A stretch of DNA of 64,000 nucleotides from Lepidodermella squamata (lineage: Eukaryota > Animalia > Gastrotricha), in assembly GCA_047495785.1 (NCBI GenBank), contig JBLDXI010000033.1, forward strand, positions 248,001 through 312,000. The letters run 5' to 3'. Under the pieces are notes generated by a model. It did no database searches and had not been told where the DNA came from. It saw only the letters and a program-made list of their open reading frames with translations. Shown one piece after another: positions 60,432 through 64,000 of this stretch (position 1 is its first letter; each line of letters starts with the position of its first letter). Both the position numbers and the translations under genes were made by a program.

Positions 60432-62696
60432 ATGTCAAGTATCAAAAAAGTCCTTGTTACGTGGCTGGACTGTGACGGCCAGCAAACGTTAATGTCTCCT
60501 GACAAAGTTCGGACGCGTGACGAACCGATAGAACAAGGCAAAACCTACCTCGTCAACTGGCCTGAGGATAACAAAGATTATCGTGGAAGAATCGACGCTA
60601 TCGGTTCTAGATTTTAAACAATAATAATCCATGCGTGTTAACTATCATTTTTGTAGCACTGTCATCAGGCGAAGTCAAAGAATTGGAGCGACGTCTGAAC
60701 CTCGACCAGGAGGATTGCGAATCGATCGCATCTTCTGTTGATTCGACAACCAGGTCAGGACGGTCTTACGCCCAGCCAACAGAATCTTCTGCTGGCAATA
60801 CAGGAAGAAAGGTAACTCTCTGCCGAAATAATTCCTAAAACTTCCCAAATTCCCACGATTTTTTTTATTTTTAGCGTAAAGAGGTAGCAAGCACAGCTGC
60901 TAGCACAGCTTCGAAATATGCGAGGACCAACATGCAAACGACCCCGGAACCCGCTATGACTCCGGCCAGTTCGCAGGTAAGGCTCAGAAACCCATTCGAT
61001 TTTATGCTGAATCTACGGTCAAATCAAAGAGTGCTGGATTTGGGATTTTTAAGGTTGAATATTTTTTGGAATTTTTAGAAAAAAAACTATAAATTTTCGA
61101 TAAATTTTCATCATATTCTGGAAATACACAAAGAAAATTTGTTATAAATAAAAAGTAGAAAAAATTGCTTCAAAGTAAGAAATTTAATACCTTGGTTATT
61201 TCGTTCTATAATACTCTATATATTTTTCCATTCCAGCGGAAAGAAATATCAGGCCAGTCAAATCGCGCCGGAGCTTCCACCAGCTCACAGGTATTATTCT
61301 TCTTTATTTCCCACCAGTTCCTAAGAAAAATTACCTCCCCTCGATTTTTCAAACTGTTTATTTTTATTTTTTTATTTACGCAGGATCACATTTCTTCTTC
61401 AAACAAGTCTTACAGTAATGGACATCAACATCCAAGTGAAGGCTCTGACGAACATGAAGATCCGGTAAGTCGCAATTTGCTTGCATTATTAAAATATTCG
61501 ATCTGATCATGTTATTTATAAATTCAATTTTTCGAAAATGTTTACTTTTTCATCTAACTATAGAACTGAATTTGTTGCAGGATTTACAGCAGTTCAACAT
61601 TGCCGCACAAAGACCAGGTTCGGTAATCATTCGCGAAGCTCCCGGTGGTTCAAGGGCTTCCGGTGGACCCACTCGCGGTGCCCGCGGTGGTGCTCCAGGT
61701 GGTTCCGTGCAAGCTACTGTTGCCGTAACCGGTATCGAGTCCGCAGAACCGGGGCCATCCGGACTAGGTGTCCGGGGTGGTAGTTCGAATAGCCGTGGCG
61801 GCCGTGGCGGTGGTCGAGTTGGTCGAGTTGGTCGAGGAGCCGTACGGGGAACCGGCCGCGGCGCCGTCGTTCAAAACCATCAGTATCCCTACAACAGTGG
61901 CGAGGAGAACTCATTTGATGAAAAGATCGCCGCTCTCCGATTCCGGCTGGATAACCTGAATAAAGACACACGCGAAATTTTGGAGATTTTGAAGATATTC
62001 AGAAGTTCGCCAAAATTTGTCACGGTTTTTGTGAGTTTACAATCACTTCAAGCTCCTTCAATATTTGTAAAAAAAATTCAATTTTTTATTATGATCTTGA
62101 ATTTTTCGCTTTTTCACCAGAACTTTGCGAAAATTATATAAAATTTTATTTTGAAGGAAAAATAAAATAAAATAAAATTATTAATGATGTCTATTTTTCT
62201 CAATTTTAATATATTTCGCAAAGTTGATTTATTTTTTTATATTTTTAATTTCGTTTTAGGAGAACTTCGAGTTTTCTGATGGATCAATCTTTGAGGGCAA
62301 ATCCGCACTGGAATTCCAGCGTTATAACGATCATGTTCGAGGCGCGGCTGATCTGGCAATCGCCTTGCTGCAGCTGCTGTTCGATCCAGAAGAGTTGAGA
62401 ACAAGAAATCTCAGTGGTCATGATGCCCTCCATGGAAAGACAGTCTTTCCGGAAAAGCAGCTGGACCCAATGAGGCTCGGCGAAATCCACCGTGAGTTCT
62501 GTTAATTTTTCTTTTGTTTTAGCCTAAAAATATAAAATATGGGTTCCAAAAATTAACGCAGGATGTTTTTTTAGGAGTCGTCGATCATTGTTTTCCACTT
62601 TTGACCCTGAGTGAAAGACAAAAAGTTTGGCACGTGAAAGTTGCCAACTGGCTTCGCTCCAACAACAACGGTAATAATCACAACGATGACGCGTAA
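60432..62696 (+). CDS. BEN-domain protein with N-terminal Tudor/SH3-like module, RGG-rich segment and coiled coil; 8 exons, 455 aa; probable transposon accessory gene
   Basis: Exons 60432-60603, 60657-60811, 60875-60976, 61237-61290, 61384-61464, 61581-62030, 62260-62491 and 62575-62696 splice in frame. The C-terminus LAIALLQLLFDPEELRTRNLSG...KQLDPMRLGEIH...VANWLR fits the BEN pattern. Confidence 0.8.
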
Positions 62697-62740
62697 TCGA
62701 TTTTGAACATTTACATTTCTGAAATCCTGACTTACATATT

Positions 62741-62813
62741 ATATATATATATATATATATAACAAATGTAAATCGTATGCTAAAGTTGAATATATCAATG
62801 TATATATATATAT
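62741..62813. repeat. (TA)n microsatellites in the 3' UTR of the BEN gene
   Basis: Two TA runs directly before AATAAA at ~62815. Confidence 0.8.
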
Positions 62814-64000
62814 CAATAAAATGTAATATTAAATGCTGTTCTTATTCTTCCATATAGATTGATTGGAATGTTAATGTTATTCCATTGAAATTGAGCCTTA
62901 AATGGGTCGTGATGTTGGGTAAGTTGTCTTTTATGTTTAATGCATGGAATGATTTTTTTCCTAATTGTTTTGCCGTAAGCCAAGTGGTATGCATTACGGT
63001 TTAGTAAATATTAATTTTCAATTTAGATTTCACAGAATCGGTCGAATCCGTCCGATTAAGATCCAGGTACAACTTCGCCGCAAAGTAAAAATTTGCGAGA
63101 ATTTTATATTTTTACAACAGCGTTGAGCTGCCATGCAGTAACGTGAACACAAGGCGAACTCGTTTTCTCTGCTGGGCCATGATTTACAAATTGAAGTAAG
63201 TCGATGCTCAAAACATGTTGAAATCCTCCATTAAAATTCTGCGATTTTAACTAAATTTTACAATTATTCAAATTACAGGGAAATTTGAAAGGGACTTCGA
63301 AAAATTCTTGGAATTTTTTTACAAATAATTTGAAATTTAAAAGTCTTCAATATTTTTAATATTTTCTCATCCAAATTTAGCTTTTTCAAATTAAAAAAAA
63401 AATGAAAAATCGAAGAAGAAATGATTTCTTATTCTCTCTTCGCTTCTCTTTATTTGAAAATTCACTCGAATTTTTTCGGTTTATTAGATTGGCTCGGTGA
63501 ATGGCTGGATTGGCTTCTAGCAATGGAGCGATGCGGATTTGGTTACCAAGCAGCTCAGGGCTTCGGTTCTGAAACAACGTTTTACCACAACGGCAATCAG
63601 CGGCCAGCCGGAGCAAGTACAACAGGCTTTGATGCCTAACAAATGACTGTTGCTATTATTCGCCTTCTCATGTTATAAAAAATAACACATTTAAATATCG
63701 TTTGATTGATGAAATAAAAATTATTATGTGGATTTAATGTCTCATTTCGGGTCTAAAGTGGCGAAGAAAAGCAGCGAGCGGAAAGGAAGGAGAGGGCCTT
63801 TAATAGCCTATTTAAATGAATAATGAACCTTCAGTTTAGGCTATATTAGACGTTAATTTTGCGCATTTTCCAACGGAAAAGCTGAAACTCTAACTTAGCC
63901 TAACATGGCAGTTGCGAACCTCCAGAATGGCCTAACTTTGGCGCTAATGTAATATTTATTTTCATAATTCTTTATCTAAAGCCTAAAATAGGCTAAATTC

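Overview
Eukaryotic, invertebrate-like genomic DNA with mostly ~45-55 nt GT-AG introns; the taxon cannot be determined from this window. No rRNA, tRNA or CRISPR array was recognised. Four zones: (1) 0.4-4.8 kb, two intronless, divergent Cys-loop (pLGIC) receptor subunits that lack the usual aromatic agonist box. (2) ~4.8-22 kb, a graveyard of decayed transposons (P, LTR, CMC-EnSpm, CR1/L2-like RT, MULE, CXC and CCHC fragments), all on the minus strand, mixed with TPR, ankyrin and orphan ORFs. (3) ~23.7-55.6 kb, locally duplicated genes for secreted and membrane proteins: a Cys-repeat protein with a Thr tail, two CD225-like proteins, five Kunitz or Kunitz-like genes with shortened domains, an ankyrin protein, a SOCS-box protein, two STELLO/DUF288-like glycosyltransferases, a pancreatic-lipase-family enzyme with a 94-aa lid, three orphan class-A GPCRs, several MITEs and a nested LINE. 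(4) 56-63 kb, an apparently intact CMC-EnSpm (CACTA-type) transposase head-to-head with an 8-exon gene for a Tudor-like/RGG/coiled-coil/BEN protein. All family calls come from motif recognition by eye; no database search was run.
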